Positions 18,019-27,876 of a DNA stretch of 64,000 bases are shown piece by piece. The notes beneath the pieces were generated by a model. That model searched no databases. It worked only from the letters and a program-made list of their open reading frames with translations, and was not told where the DNA came from. The position numbers were made by a program, and so were the translations under genes. Source of the DNA: Dehalococcoidia bacterium (GTDB lineage Bacteria > Chloroflexota > Dehalococcoidia > UBA2979); the NCBI GenBank assembly GCA_963667465.2, contig CAXXDN010000001.1, positions 448,001 through 512,000 on the forward strand. The letters are read 5' to 3'. Numbering within the stretch: the first letter of the stretch is position 1; each line of letters begins with the position of its first letter.

Positions 18019-19524
18019 GTGACCGCCTCGCCTGAACCCGTGCTGATCGAGGCGCGCCTGCTCACGATGGCGCGCCCCGCCGAACGCCCCGCGCCCGGCG
18101 CCGTCGCCTGCGCCGGCGGCCGCATCGTCGCCGTCGGCACGCCCGAGGACTGCGCGCGCCGCCTGCCCGCGGCGCACCGCCGCATCGAGGCGCGCGAGGC
18201 GACGCTGCTGCCGGGCTTTGTCGACGCGCACGTCCATATCCTCGCCGCCGCTGCTTCCGAGGCCGGGCCGGACGTGACGCCTCGATCCGCCGCGAGCATC
18301 CCGGAGCTGCTCGAAGCGCTGCGTGAGGCGGCGTCGCGGACAGCGCCCGGCCGCTGGGTGCGCGCCGCCGGCTACGAGGAGCTGATGCTCGCCGAGGGCC
18401 GCCCACCGACGCGAGCCGAGCTCGACCACGCCGTGCCCGCCCACCCCGTCCGCCTGATCCAGCGCAGCGGTCACGCCGAGGTGCTGAACTCGCGCGCACT
18501 CGCCCTCGTCGGCATCAACGAGTCCACGCCGGAGCCGCCGGGCGCTGTCTTCGGGCGCTCGCTCGAGCACGGCCGGCTCGACGGGCTGCTGCTCGGCATG
18601 GCGGACGTGATCGAGGCCGCGATGCCGCCACCGGATCCCGGCGCCGTCGATCAGCATGTCCGCCGCTGGGCGCACGCGCGCGCCGCCGAGGGCGTCACGA
18701 CCCTCGTCGACGCCGGCGTGCGCAACGGACCGGCGGAGTGGGCGACGCTCGAGCGCCTGCTTCGAGCAGGCGCGATCCCGCAGCGTCTCGTCTCGATGGA
18801 GTCGGTGGCTGCCCTCGGCACGTTGCCCGCCGAGGGCGCGGGTGGTCGCCTGCGGCGCGGCGAGACGAAGCTGCAGCCCGCCACCTTCGAGGGCGAGGCG
18901 CCGGCTGCCGGGCCCCTCGAGGCTGGCGTGCGGGCGGCGATCGAGGCGGGGCGGCGTGTCGCCATGCACGCGCCAACGCAGCCGGCGGTTGCGGCGTCGC
19001 TGGCCGCGTTCCGCGCGAGCGGTGCGCCGTCCGGGCAGCGCATCGAGCACGCTCCGCTGCTGACCGCGCAACTGATCGAGGAGATCGTTGCGCTTGGCGC
19101 GGTGGTCGTGGCGCAACCGGGCCTGCTCAACGAGGTCGGCGGGCGCTACCGGCAGCTGCTCGACGCGGAGCAGCGGGCGCGGCTGCATCCCTGGCGCGCG
19201 CTGCTTGCTGCGGGCGGCGCGCTCGCCTTCAGCAGCGACGCCCCGATCTCGCGGGCGAGCGTCCTCGAGGCTGTCGCGGCGGCCTCGCTGGATCGGCCGG
19301 CCGACCTCGCGCCGGAGCAGGCGATCGCGCCGCTCGAGGCGCTGCGGGCGTGGACGGCAGGCGCGGCCAACGCCGCCCGCCTCGAGGACCGCGGCCGCCT
19401 CCGTGAGGGCGCTGTCGCCGACCTCGTGCTCCTCGACGGGCCGCTCGATCGGGACCCCGCGAGCGCCCGCGTGCGGCTCACCGTGATCGGCGGCGAAGTA
19501 GCGTTCGAGGGGGGCGGTTCGTAG
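18019..19524 (+). CDS. Amidohydrolase (YtcJ/Amidohydro_3 family)
   Basis: PGFVDAHVH, SGH..LNS.AL, RIEHA, AFSSDAP, GRL..G.VADLV. Confidence 0.9.
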   Translation: MTASPEPVLIEARLLTMARPAERPAPGAVACAGGRIVAVGTPEDCARRLPAAHRRIEAREATLLPGFVDAHVHILAAAASEAGPDVTPRSAASIPELLEALREAASRTAPGRWVRAAGYEELMLAEGRPPTRAELDHAVPAHPVRLIQRSGHAEVLNSRALALVGINESTPEPPGAVFGRSLEHGRLDGLLLGMADVIEAAMPPPDPGAVDQHVRRWAHARAAEGVTTLVDAGVRNGPAEWATLERLLRAGAIPQRLVSMESVAALGTLPAEGAGGRLRRGETKLQPATFEGEAPAAGPLEAGVRAAIEAGRRVAMHAPTQPAVAASLAAFRASGAPSGQRIEHAPLLTAQLIEEIVALGAVVVAQPGLLNEVGGRYRQLLDAEQRARLHPWRALLAAGGALAFSSDAPISRASVLEAVAAASLDRPADLAPEQAIAPLEALRAWTAGAANAARLEDRGRLREGAVADLVLLDGPLDRDPASARVRLTVIGGEVAFEGGGS

Positions 19525-19589
19525 GGGGAGTCAATCGTGGCTCACGTCGGGGGTATTCGAGGTACGCTATGGGCGGTGCAGGAAGGGCA

Positions 19590-19826
19590 ATGCAGGTGGG
19601 CTGGGAAGAGCGGATCGAGTTGAACCCCGCCATCCTCGCGGGGAAGCCGGTCGTAAAGGGGACGCGTCTTGCAGTCGAGTTCATCGTCGAGTTGCTCGCC
19701 GACGAGTGGACGGAAGAGGCGATTCTCCGCGAGTACCCTGGCCTGAGCCACAAGGACATCCAGGCCTGCCTGCGCTACGCAAGCGAGCGTTTGCAGGCAG
19801 AGAAGATCTACCCCCTCAACGTATAA
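19590..19826 (+). CDS. DUF433 antitoxin
   Basis: PAILAGKPVVKGTRL...ILREYPGL..DIQACLRYA. Confidence 0.92.
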   Translation: MQVGWEERIELNPAILAGKPVVKGTRLAVEFIVELLADEWTEEAILREYPGLSHKDIQACLRYASERLQAEKIYPLNV

Positions 19827-19832
19827 CCGGGC

Positions 19833-20192
19833 ATGCGGTTCCTCGCGGACGAGAACATTCCCGAGCGCATGGTCGAGGCGTTGCGCCGCCTGGACCATGA
19901 CGTGACCTGGGTTCACCTGGAGGCTCCCGGGAGTGTGGACGAACGAGTACTCGAGCGCGCAGCGTCGGAGAACCGAGTGCTGGTCACAGCCGACAAGGAC
20001 TTCGGGGAGCTTGCCTTCCGCCAGCGGTTTCCAGCTACCAGCGGAGTCATCCTCCTTCGAGTTCGCGGTTCCGCCGAGGCCCGTACGGCGGCACTCGTGG
20101 CAGCGGTCGAAGCCCGCGAGGATTGGACCGGCCAGTTCGCGGTTGTCGCGAACGATCGCGTCCGCGTGACGCCCCTGCCCCCCGCTGAATAG
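19833..20192 (+). CDS. DUF5615 PIN-like toxin (VapC45-like)
   Basis: MRFLADENI, D.RVL..A..ENRVLVTADKDFG. Confidence 0.92.
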   Translation: MRFLADENIPERMVEALRRLDHDVTWVHLEAPGSVDERVLERAASENRVLVTADKDFGELAFRQRFPATSGVILLRVRGSAEARTAALVAAVEAREDWTGQFAVVANDRVRVTPLPPAE

Positions 20193-20261
20193 GGAGCCCC
20201 GTTCGCAGTGCGCTCCCGGCTCACCTGTGCCGACAAGGGCGGGCGAGCGCGGGGCGGACGT

Positions 20262-20291
20262 TTGACGGGCCGCGGGGGCGACCCCTACGAT
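20262..20291 (+). promoter_or_regulatory. Sigma70-type promoter for rpsU
   Basis: TTGACG-N18-TACGAT. Confidence 0.55.
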
Positions 20292-20353
20292 CCCTCGACG
20301 GCTACGAACACGCGACCCGGATGGGGCGCGGCGGGGACGGGATTGCATACCGG

Positions 20354-20557
20354 GTGACTGAAGTCTTTGTCGGCGAGTCGGAATCCTTCGAGGGCGCTCT
20401 GAAGCGCTTCAACAAGCGCGTCCAGGCGGACGGGATCCTGTCCGAGGCGCGGCGCGCCGAGTACTACGAGAAGCCCTCGGTCCGGCGCAAGAAGAAGGAA
20501 GCTGCCCGCCTGCGCAAGCTGCGCAAGGCGATGCGAGCCCAGGTCCGGCGCCGCTGA
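20354..20557 (+). CDS. rpsU: 30S ribosomal protein bS21
   Basis: ESFEGALKRFNK...YYEKPSVRRKKK. Confidence 0.95.
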   Translation: MTEVFVGESESFEGALKRFNKRVQADGILSEARRAEYYEKPSVRRKKKEAARLRKLRKAMRAQVRRR

Positions 20558-20634
20558 ACCGAGCCCCGGCGTCGGCCGGGGTCCGCTGCTGTTGACTGCT
20601 GCACCCCCGCGACCGGTACGGCCGGGAAGGCGCC

Positions 20635-21087
20635 ATGCCCGCACTGCTCGACACCATTCGTTCCGAGATGACCGCCGCGATGCGCGCCGGGGATACCCAG
20701 CGCCGCGACACGCTGCGGCTGCTGATTGCTGCCCTCGACAACGCCCGCATTGCCGCCGGCCGCGATCTCAACGACGAGGATGCGCTCGCGGCCCTGCAGC
20801 GCGAGGCGAAGCAGCGCCGCGAATCGATCGAGGAGTACCGCAAGGGCGGCCGCGACGACCTCGTGGAGGCGGAGCAGGCCGAGTTGACGATCATCGAGGC
20901 GTACCTGCCGGACCAGCTCGGCGAGGACGAACTCCGCGCGATCGCCCGCGAGCTGATCGAGGAGCGTGGCGCCAGCGGCCCGGGCGACCTCGGAGCGGTG
21001 ATGGGTCCGTTGATGCAGCGCGTGCGTGGACGCGCCGACGGCCGCCAGGCGAACGCGATCGTGCGGGAGCTGCTCTCCGGAGCTTGA
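20635..21087 (+). CDS. GatB/YqeY domain protein
   Basis: EAKQRRESIEEY..GGR.DL, YLPDQL, GRADG; conserved position after rpsU. Confidence 0.93.
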   Translation: MPALLDTIRSEMTAAMRAGDTQRRDTLRLLIAALDNARIAAGRDLNDEDALAALQREAKQRRESIEEYRKGGRDDLVEAEQAELTIIEAYLPDQLGEDELRAIARELIEERGASGPGDLGAVMGPLMQRVRGRADGRQANAIVRELLSGA

Positions 21088-21136
21088 TGATCGGGGGCGG
21101 GATGGTCGCCCGCAGCAGGCAGCGAGGGATGCCGCC

Positions 21137-23407
21137 GTGCTGAGCCGTCCTGCCGAGGCCCGAGGCTGGTTCGCGCGGCCGGCCGCCATCCTGCTCGGCC
21201 TCGTCATCGCTGCGGTCCTCTTCTCAGTGCTCTTCCCGTGGTTCCCGGGCGGCGCGGGCATGCGCGCGGGCGACGCCTCCCCCTGGACGCTCTCCGCCCC
21301 GCGAGACCTCTCCTACGAGTCCCTGGTCCTGACCGGCGCGGCGCGCGAGGAGGCCGCCGAAGCGGTCGCCGACGTGCGCCGCCGCGACGACTCGATCGCC
21401 GAGATCCAGATCGCCGAACTGACCCGCCAGGTCGATCTGATCGAGGAGGCGCGCGCCGCCGTGCTCTCCGCCTCCGCCCGCGAGTCGAGGATCCGAGCGG
21501 CCACCGGCGGCGAGCTGTCGGACCAGGCGGTCACGCTGCTCGGCGAGATTCCGGACACGGACTTCCGCACGCTGGGCGACGAGGCGCGCGACATCCTCGG
21601 GCGCGTGCTGTCGGGCAGCATCGCCGCCGTGGGCGTCGCGTCCGCTCGCCAGCAAGTGGCCGAACTGCTCCCGGTCGGGCTCGACGACGATCAGCGCCTT
21701 GCGCTGACGGACCTCATCGGCCCGCTCATCGTCCCGACGCTTGTCGTCGACGAGACGCGGACCGAGGAACGGCGCCAGGAGGCGCGCGACGCGGTGCCGC
21801 CGGTCCGCGTCACGCGCGAGCGCGGCCAGGTGCTGGTCGTGCAGGAGCAGCGGTTGAACCCGGCCGACATCGAGCTGCTCGCCGCCGCCGGGCTGAATCC
21901 TCGAGGCGTGCGCACCACGCATGTGATCGCCGCGGGCATCGTCTCGCTGCTCTCCGGCGCGGCCTGCGGGGTCTATCTCTTCGTTGCGCGCCCGCGCGCG
22001 CTCGCCGGCGTGCGCCGCCTGACGCTGTTCACGCTGCTGTTGGTGGCGCCGGCCGCCGCGATCAAGTTCACGTTGCCGCTCGTGCTGCCCGATGTGGACC
22101 GGCACTTCCTCGCCTACGCGCTGCCGCTGGCGGCGTCGCCGATTGCGGCCGTGGTGCTGCTCGATCTCGGAGCTGCCGTCCTGCTGACCGTCCTCCTCTC
22201 CTCGATCTCCGTGTTCGTCTCGATCTATCTGCCCTTCGGCGACGCTGCGGGAACCGGGCAACTGGAGACGGCCAGGGCGTTCCTCGCCGTCTGCGCCGCC
22301 TCGCTGGCCGGACTGTTCGTGGCCGCGCGGGCGAACAACCTGGGGCGCTACCTGACGGCCGGATTCGCCGCGGCGCTTGCCGCCGGCGCCGCGCTCGGGA
22401 CGGTCTGGCTGATCGATCCCGACCGGCGCGCCGAGGATCTCGCCTGGATCGCAGGCGCTGCCGGCGTCAGCGGCATTGCCTCGGCGCTGATCGGCGTCGG
22501 CTTCTTCGTCTTGCTGAGCCGCCCCTTCGGCATCATCACGCGCGTCGAGCTGATGGAGCTGGCGCAGCTCAGCCACCCGCTGCTGCGCCGCCTGCAGGAC
22601 GAGGCGCCCGGCACCTTCCAGCACTCGGTGATGGTCTCGAACATGGCCGAACGCGCCGCCGACCGGATCGGCGCCGACTCGCTGCTCGTGCGTGTCGGCG
22701 CCTACTACCACGACGTCGGCAAGCTGGTGGCGCCGGGCTTCTTCGTCGAGAACTCGTCCGCGGAGGTGGATCCGCACGCCTCGCTCGACCCGCTGCAGAG
22801 CACGCGCGTGATCCAGCAGCACGTCATCGCCGGCGCCGAGATCGCGCGCCGCGAGGGCGTCCCGATGGCGATCACGCAATTCATCCCGCAGCACCACGGC
22901 ACGCGCCTCGTCGAGTTCTTCTACCGCCGCGCCGCCGCAGAGGATCCGGAGATCGACCCGGACCTGTTCCGCTACCCGGGTCCGAAGCCGCAGAGCCGCG
23001 AGACCGCCATCGTCATGCTCGCCGACTCCAGCGAGGCCACCGTCCGCGCCAGCAACGACCGCACCGCGGAACGGATCCGCGAGATCGTCGAGAACGTCAT
23101 GCGCGAACGGCTCGAGGAGCAGCAGTTCGACGAGTGCGACATTTCGCTGCGCGACCTGCGCGTCGTCGTCGACTCGTTCGTCGCGACGCTGACCGCCGTC
23201 TACCACCCCCGCGTCGAGTACCCGGAGCCGACCGCAAGGGAGCTGCAGGAGCGGGGCGTGGCCGCGTCCGAGCGGCTCCCGGCCGGCGAACCGCTCCCCG
23301 ACCGCTTGCCGCAGGGCGAGCGCGGGGATGCGCGCGAGAGCGGCGAGGAAGCCGCCGCGCGCCCGATCTGGGCAGCCGCGCCCTGGCGCCGCCGGCGCGA
23401 CGGGTAG
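21137..23407 (+). CDS. 7TM-HD phosphohydrolase (PgpH/YqfF-like cyclic-di-AMP phosphodiesterase)
   Basis: Extracellular domain plus multiple TMs; APGTFQHS, YYHDVGK, QHHGT, FRYPGPKPQ, MLADS; start approximate. Confidence 0.9.
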   Translation: MLSRPAEARGWFARPAAILLGLVIAAVLFSVLFPWFPGGAGMRAGDASPWTLSAPRDLSYESLVLTGAAREEAAEAVADVRRRDDSIAEIQIAELTRQVDLIEEARAAVLSASARESRIRAATGGELSDQAVTLLGEIPDTDFRTLGDEARDILGRVLSGSIAAVGVASARQQVAELLPVGLDDDQRLALTDLIGPLIVPTLVVDETRTEERRQEARDAVPPVRVTRERGQVLVVQEQRLNPADIELLAAAGLNPRGVRTTHVIAAGIVSLLSGAACGVYLFVARPRALAGVRRLTLFTLLLVAPAAAIKFTLPLVLPDVDRHFLAYALPLAASPIAAVVLLDLGAAVLLTVLLSSISVFVSIYLPFGDAAGTGQLETARAFLAVCAASLAGLFVAARANNLGRYLTAGFAAALAAGAALGTVWLIDPDRRAEDLAWIAGAAGVSGIASALIGVGFFVLLSRPFGIITRVELMELAQLSHPLLRRLQDEAPGTFQHSVMVSNMAERAADRIGADSLLVRVGAYYHDVGKLVAPGFFVENSSAEVDPHASLDPLQSTRVIQQHVIAGAEIARREGVPMAITQFIPQHHGTRLVEFFYRRAAAEDPEIDPDLFRYPGPKPQSRETAIVMLADSSEATVRASNDRTAERIREIVENVMRERLEEQQFDECDISLRDLRVVVDSFVATLTAVYHPRVEYPEPTARELQERGVAASERLPAGEPLPDRLPQGERGDARESGEEAAARPIWAAAPWRRRRDG

Positions 23408-23573
23408 CGCCCTCGCCGCACGCGATGCAGTGCATCAGAAGTGCGCGTTACCGAGGGCGTTCGCCGCGCAGCGCGCTCCTGTTGCCTCGGACTTCGGCAA
23501 CAGGTCCAATGATGCGATCCAGGCGATACCACCACGCCGGAGCGCCGCCTATACTCGGACCACCCCCGGGAGG

Positions 23574-24281
23574 ATGGAAACGTCGGTGCGGGCTGCAGTC
23601 GTGGTCTTCCCCGGCAGCTGGAGCGACGGCGACTGTCTGTTCGCCCTCGGGCGGGTCGGCGTCGACGCCTACCGCGTCTGGCATCGCGAGACGGACCTCG
23701 GCGACGCGGATCTGGTCGTCCTGCCCGGCGGCTTCTCCTACGGCGACTACCTGCGCTGCGGCGCGATTGCGCGCTTCTCGCCCGTGATGCAGGCGGTGCG
23801 CGCACACGCCGCCGCGGGCGGCCTGGTGATCGGCATCTGCAACGGATTCCAGATCCTCTGCGAGGCGGGCATGTTGCCCGGCGTGCTGATGCGCAACGCC
23901 TCGCTGCAGTTCCGCTGCCAGCCCGTGCACCTCGCCGCCGCCGAGCACGCCTCGCCGTTCACCGCCGGGATCGAGGCCGGCCGCGTGCTGCAGGTGCCGA
24001 TCTCGCATGGCGAGGGCAACTACTTCGCCGACGCCGCCACCCTCGAGGCGCTCGAGTCGCAGTGCCGCGTCGCCTTCCGCTACTGCACGGCGGACGGCCT
24101 CGTGACCCCCGAGGCGAACCCCAACGGCTCGGTGGCGAACATCGCCGGTGTGCTCAACGCGGAGGGCAACGTGCTCGGCATGATGCCGCACCCCGAGCGC
24201 GCCGCGGCGCCGCTGCTCGGCGGCGAGGACGGCAACCTGATCTGGCAGTCCGTGCTCGCGCGTGTGGGTGCGCCGGCGTGA
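23574..24281 (+). CDS. purQ: FGAM synthase glutaminase subunit
   Basis: VVFPGS, LPGGFSYGDYLR, GICNGFQIL, GMMPHPER. Confidence 0.97.
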   Translation: METSVRAAVVVFPGSWSDGDCLFALGRVGVDAYRVWHRETDLGDADLVVLPGGFSYGDYLRCGAIARFSPVMQAVRAHAAAGGLVIGICNGFQILCEAGMLPGVLMRNASLQFRCQPVHLAAAEHASPFTAGIEAGRVLQVPISHGEGNYFADAATLEALESQCRVAFRYCTADGLVTPEANPNGSVANIAGVLNAEGNVLGMMPHPERAAAPLLGGEDGNLIWQSVLARVGAPA

Positions 24282-24296
24282 CGGAGGAGGTGCGCG

Positions 24297-24941
24297 ATGG
24301 CCGCTGATTTCACGAGTCCGGCCTACCCGGCGCGGCTCCGGATCGACTATCCGGAGGAGGGGTTGAACCGCGTCACGACGCTCTTCCGCCTGATCATGGC
24401 CATCCCGATTGTCGTGGTGCTTGGGGTGCTGACCGGCGGCGGGTCGAGTACTGAAGAAGTCGACGCAATTCTGCCGACCGTCGTCTCGGCGGGCGGCATC
24501 ATCTTGCTGCCCGTGCTGCTCATGGTCCTGTTCCGGGGCAAGTACCCGCGCTGGTGGTTCGACTGGAACGTCGAGTTGACCCGCTTCTCCAGTCGCGTTG
24601 GCTGCTACTTCCTCCTGCTGCGCGACGAGTACCCCTCGACGGACGAGGAGCAGGCGGTACACATCGAGATCGATTACCCGGACGCGGAGCGCGACCTCAA
24701 CCGCTGGTTGCCGCTGGTGAAGTGGCTGCTGGCGATCCCGCACTACGTCGTACTGGCGGTCCTCAGCATCGTCGTGGTGGTGATCACGGTGCTCGCCTGG
24801 TTCGCGATCCTGTTCACGGGGCGCTACCCGCGCGGGATGTTCAACTTCGTCGTGGGCTGGAGCCGCTGGGCGCTGCGCGTCAGCGCCTACGCCTTCCTGC
24901 TCACCACCGACCGCTACCCGCCGTTCAGCTTCGAGGAGTAA
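24297..24941 (+). CDS. DUF4389 membrane protein
   Basis: LNRWLPLVKWLLAIPH...ILFTGRYPRGMFNF...TDRYPPFS. Confidence 0.88.
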   Translation: MAADFTSPAYPARLRIDYPEEGLNRVTTLFRLIMAIPIVVVLGVLTGGGSSTEEVDAILPTVVSAGGIILLPVLLMVLFRGKYPRWWFDWNVELTRFSSRVGCYFLLLRDEYPSTDEEQAVHIEIDYPDAERDLNRWLPLVKWLLAIPHYVVLAVLSIVVVVITVLAWFAILFTGRYPRGMFNFVVGWSRWALRVSAYAFLLTTDRYPPFSFEE

Positions 24942-24981
24942 CGCCGAGGAGTAACGCCGAGGAGTAACGCCGAGGAGTAAC
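24932..24981 (+). repeat. 13-bp tandem repeat, about 3.8 copies
   Basis: CGAGGAGTAACGC x3 plus CGAGGAGTAAC, spanning the stop codon of the first DUF4389 gene. Confidence 0.95.
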
Positions 24982-25023
24982 ACCGCGCGTCTCGCGGGGC
25001 GCGGTGGGATTGAGAGGAGCACG

Positions 25024-25587
25024 ATGGACGACTACCCGGTGGCGTTCGATGTCGCCTACCCGGAGGCGCCGAACCGCTGGCTCATCCTGATCCGCTGGCT
25101 GCTGGCGATCCCGCACTACGTGGTGCTGTACTTCCTCGGGCTGCTCGCCGGGGTCGTGTTGATCATTTCGTTCTTCACGATCCTCTTCGCGAGGACCTAC
25201 CCGGACAGCCTGTACAACTTCATGGTGGGCGTGAACCGCTGGAACGCGAATGTCGGCGCTTACATCCTCTTCCATGACCGCTACCCGCCGTTCAGCATGG
25301 GCGAGAATGACTACGAGGGCGTCACGTTCACGGTCGAGAAGCCGGACTTCAACCGCTGGCTCGTGTTGATCAAGTGGCTGCTTGTGATCCCGCACCTGCT
25401 CGTGCTGTACTTCCTCGGCCTGATCGCCATGGTCGCCCTCATTCCGCTCGTCCTCGCGGTGCTCTTCACCGGACGCTACCCGCGAGGGCTGTTCGACTTC
25501 CTCGTCGGCGTCGGGCGCTGGAACGCGCGGGTGAGCGCCTACGCAGCGTTCCTCGTCGACCGCTACCCGCCGTTCTCGCTGCGCTAG
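25024..25587 (+). CDS. DUF4389 membrane protein (paralogue, two internal repeats)
   Basis: NRWLILIRWLLAIPH...DRYPPFS motif present twice. Confidence 0.88.
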   Translation: MDDYPVAFDVAYPEAPNRWLILIRWLLAIPHYVVLYFLGLLAGVVLIISFFTILFARTYPDSLYNFMVGVNRWNANVGAYILFHDRYPPFSMGENDYEGVTFTVEKPDFNRWLVLIKWLLVIPHLLVLYFLGLIAMVALIPLVLAVLFTGRYPRGLFDFLVGVGRWNARVSAYAAFLVDRYPPFSLR

Positions 25588-25603
25588 CGACGGGGGGCTG
25601 GAC

Positions 25604-27838
25604 GTGGCGGTCGACGACACGACACTCGAACGGATCGCGCTCTCGCGCGCCGAGTACGAGCGCCTCGTCGTCATGCTCGATCGCGAGCCGAACGGCCTCG
25701 AACTGGGCATGACCGCCGCGCTCTGGTCCGAGCATTGCGGCTACAAGCACACGCGCCCGCTGTTCCGCCACTTCCCGACCACCGGACCGAGCGTGCTCAC
25801 CGAGGCCGGCGCCGAGAACGCCGGCGCGATCGACCTCGGCGACGGCTGGTGCGCTGTCTTCAAGATGGAGTCCCACAACCACCCGTCCGCGATCGAGCCC
25901 TACGAGGGCGCGGCGACAGGCGTCGGCGGCATCCTGCGCGACATCTTCGCGATGGGCATGCGGCCCGTCGCGCTGCTCGACTCGCTGCGCTTCGGCCCGC
26001 TCGACGAGGCGCGCAACCGCCACCTCTTCGGCGATGTCGTCGCCGGCATCGGCGGCTACGGCAACTGCGTCGGCGTGCCGACCGTCGGCGGCGAGGTGCA
26101 GTTCGACCCCGCCTACGGCGGCAACCCGCTCGTTAACGCGATGTGCCTGGGCGTGGGGCGCGTGGAGCACCTGCTTTCCGCCTCGGCGCGTGGCGTCGGC
26201 AACCCGCTCGTGCTCGTCGGCGCGGACACCGGCCGCGACGGCATCCACGGCGCCACCTTCGCCTCGGTGGAGCTCGACGACGCCTCCGAGGAGCGCCGCC
26301 CCGCCGTGCAGGTTGGCAATCCGTTCATGGAGAAGCTGCTGCTCGAGGCCTGCGTCGAGCTGGCCGAGCAGCACGGCGACTGGGTCGAGGGCCTGCAGGA
26401 TCTCGGCGCGGCCGGACTGACCTCGAGCAGCGTCGAGGCCGCCGCGCGAGCGGGCACGGGCATCGATATCGACGTGGCGCGCGTGCCGCGCCGCGAGGCG
26501 GGCATGACGCCGGACGAGGTGATGCTGTCCGAGTCGCAGGAGCGGATGCTCGTCATCCCGAAGCGCGAGCACCTCGACGACGTACTCGCGCTGTTCCGTC
26601 GCTGGGAGCTGCACGCCGACGTGATCGGCGAGGTCACCGACGACGGCTACACCACGATCCGCGACGGCGAGACGGTCGCCGCGCGCATTCCGGTGGGCGT
26701 GCTCACAGACCCGCCTCAGTACGAGCTCGACTGCGAGCGGCCGGCCGACCTCGATCTTCGCCAGGCCGTGGACCTCGCGGCGCTGCCCGACTGCGATGAC
26801 CCGGCGGCTGAGCTGATCGCGCTGCTCGGATCGCCGAATATCGCGAGCCGCCGCTGGATCTACCGCCAGTACGACCACGAGGTGCTGACCGGCACCGTCG
26901 TCCCGCCCGGCGGCGACGCGGCGCTGATCTGGCTCAAGGGCACGGAGCGAGCGCTCGCCGTCGCCACCGACTGTAACGGCCGCCTCGTCGAGCTCGAGCC
27001 GCGCGTCGGGGCCGCCTGCGCGGTCGCCGAGGCGGCGCGCAACGTCGTCGCGGTCGGCGCGACGCCGGTGGCGGTCACGGACTGCCTCAACTTCGGCAAC
27101 CCCGAGCGCCCGCCGATCGCCTACCAGATCGAGCAGTCGATCCTCGGGCTGGCGGACGCCTGCCGCGCCTTCGGGACGCCTGTGGTCTCCGGCAACGCCT
27201 CGCTCTACAACGAGACGCCCGCGGGCGCGGTGCTGCCGACGCCGACGGTCGGCATGCTCGGCGTGCTCGACGACGTGGCGCGCCGCCTCACGCCCGCGCT
27301 CGCCGAGGGCGAGGATGTGCTGCTGATCGGCGCGCCGCTCGCCCAGCCGGCCGAGGCCCTCGCGGGCTCCGAGTACCTCGCCGCGCGCCACGAGCTGGTC
27401 GCGGGCAAGCCAACGATCGAGCTCGATCTCGAAGCCCGGGTCCAGCGGCTCGTGCTCGACGCTAACGAGCGCGGGCTGCTCAGCGCGGCGCACGACTGCG
27501 CCGACGGCGGCCTCGCCGTGACGCTTGCCGAGTCCTGTCTGGCCGGAGGCGTCGGGCTCGACGCGAGCGCCGCAGACCTCGGCGAACGCCTCGGCGCCGC
27601 GCTGTTCGGCGAGGCGCAGTCGCGCTTCGTCGTCGCCACGCCGGACGCCAGGTCCCGCGCCGCCCTCGAGGCACTCGCCGCCGAGGCGGGCGTCGAGGCG
27701 GTCGCGCTCGGCGTTGCCACGGGCGGGGGCGAGGCCGCGCGCCTGCGGCTGGGCCCGCTCGACGCCTCGCTGGCTGCGTTGCGCGAGGCGTACGAGGGCG
27801 GGTTGCCGCGGGCGCTGGGTGCGGGTGCTGCGCCGTAG
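25604..27838 (+). CDS. purL: FGAM synthase subunit PurL (small form)
   Basis: WSEHCGYK, KMESHNHPS, GAATGVGG, DLGAAGL, SESQERM, DCLNFGNPE. Confidence 0.97.
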   Translation: MAVDDTTLERIALSRAEYERLVVMLDREPNGLELGMTAALWSEHCGYKHTRPLFRHFPTTGPSVLTEAGAENAGAIDLGDGWCAVFKMESHNHPSAIEPYEGAATGVGGILRDIFAMGMRPVALLDSLRFGPLDEARNRHLFGDVVAGIGGYGNCVGVPTVGGEVQFDPAYGGNPLVNAMCLGVGRVEHLLSASARGVGNPLVLVGADTGRDGIHGATFASVELDDASEERRPAVQVGNPFMEKLLLEACVELAEQHGDWVEGLQDLGAAGLTSSSVEAAARAGTGIDIDVARVPRREAGMTPDEVMLSESQERMLVIPKREHLDDVLALFRRWELHADVIGEVTDDGYTTIRDGETVAARIPVGVLTDPPQYELDCERPADLDLRQAVDLAALPDCDDPAAELIALLGSPNIASRRWIYRQYDHEVLTGTVVPPGGDAALIWLKGTERALAVATDCNGRLVELEPRVGAACAVAEAARNVVAVGATPVAVTDCLNFGNPERPPIAYQIEQSILGLADACRAFGTPVVSGNASLYNETPAGAVLPTPTVGMLGVLDDVARRLTPALAEGEDVLLIGAPLAQPAEALAGSEYLAARHELVAGKPTIELDLEARVQRLVLDANERGLLSAAHDCADGGLAVTLAESCLAGGVGLDASAADLGERLGAALFGEAQSRFVVATPDARSRAALEALAAEAGVEAVALGVATGGGEAARLRLGPLDASLAALREAYEGGLPRALGAGAAP

Positions 27839-27847
27839 CACATCCGT

Positions 27848-27876
27848 TTGACAGGATAGTGCGCATGTTCTAACCT
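27848..27876 (+). promoter_or_regulatory. Sigma70-type promoter for the rplI-dnaB operon
   Basis: TTGACA-N17-TAACCT. Confidence 0.7.

Noticed and set aside
16408-19188. Very long antisense or alternate-frame ORFs (e.g. 926 aa here; also 3202-5400, 21238-23787, 25466-27841, 46663-49023)
   Set aside because: Typical high-GC shadow ORFs opposite well-supported genes, with no recognisable motifs
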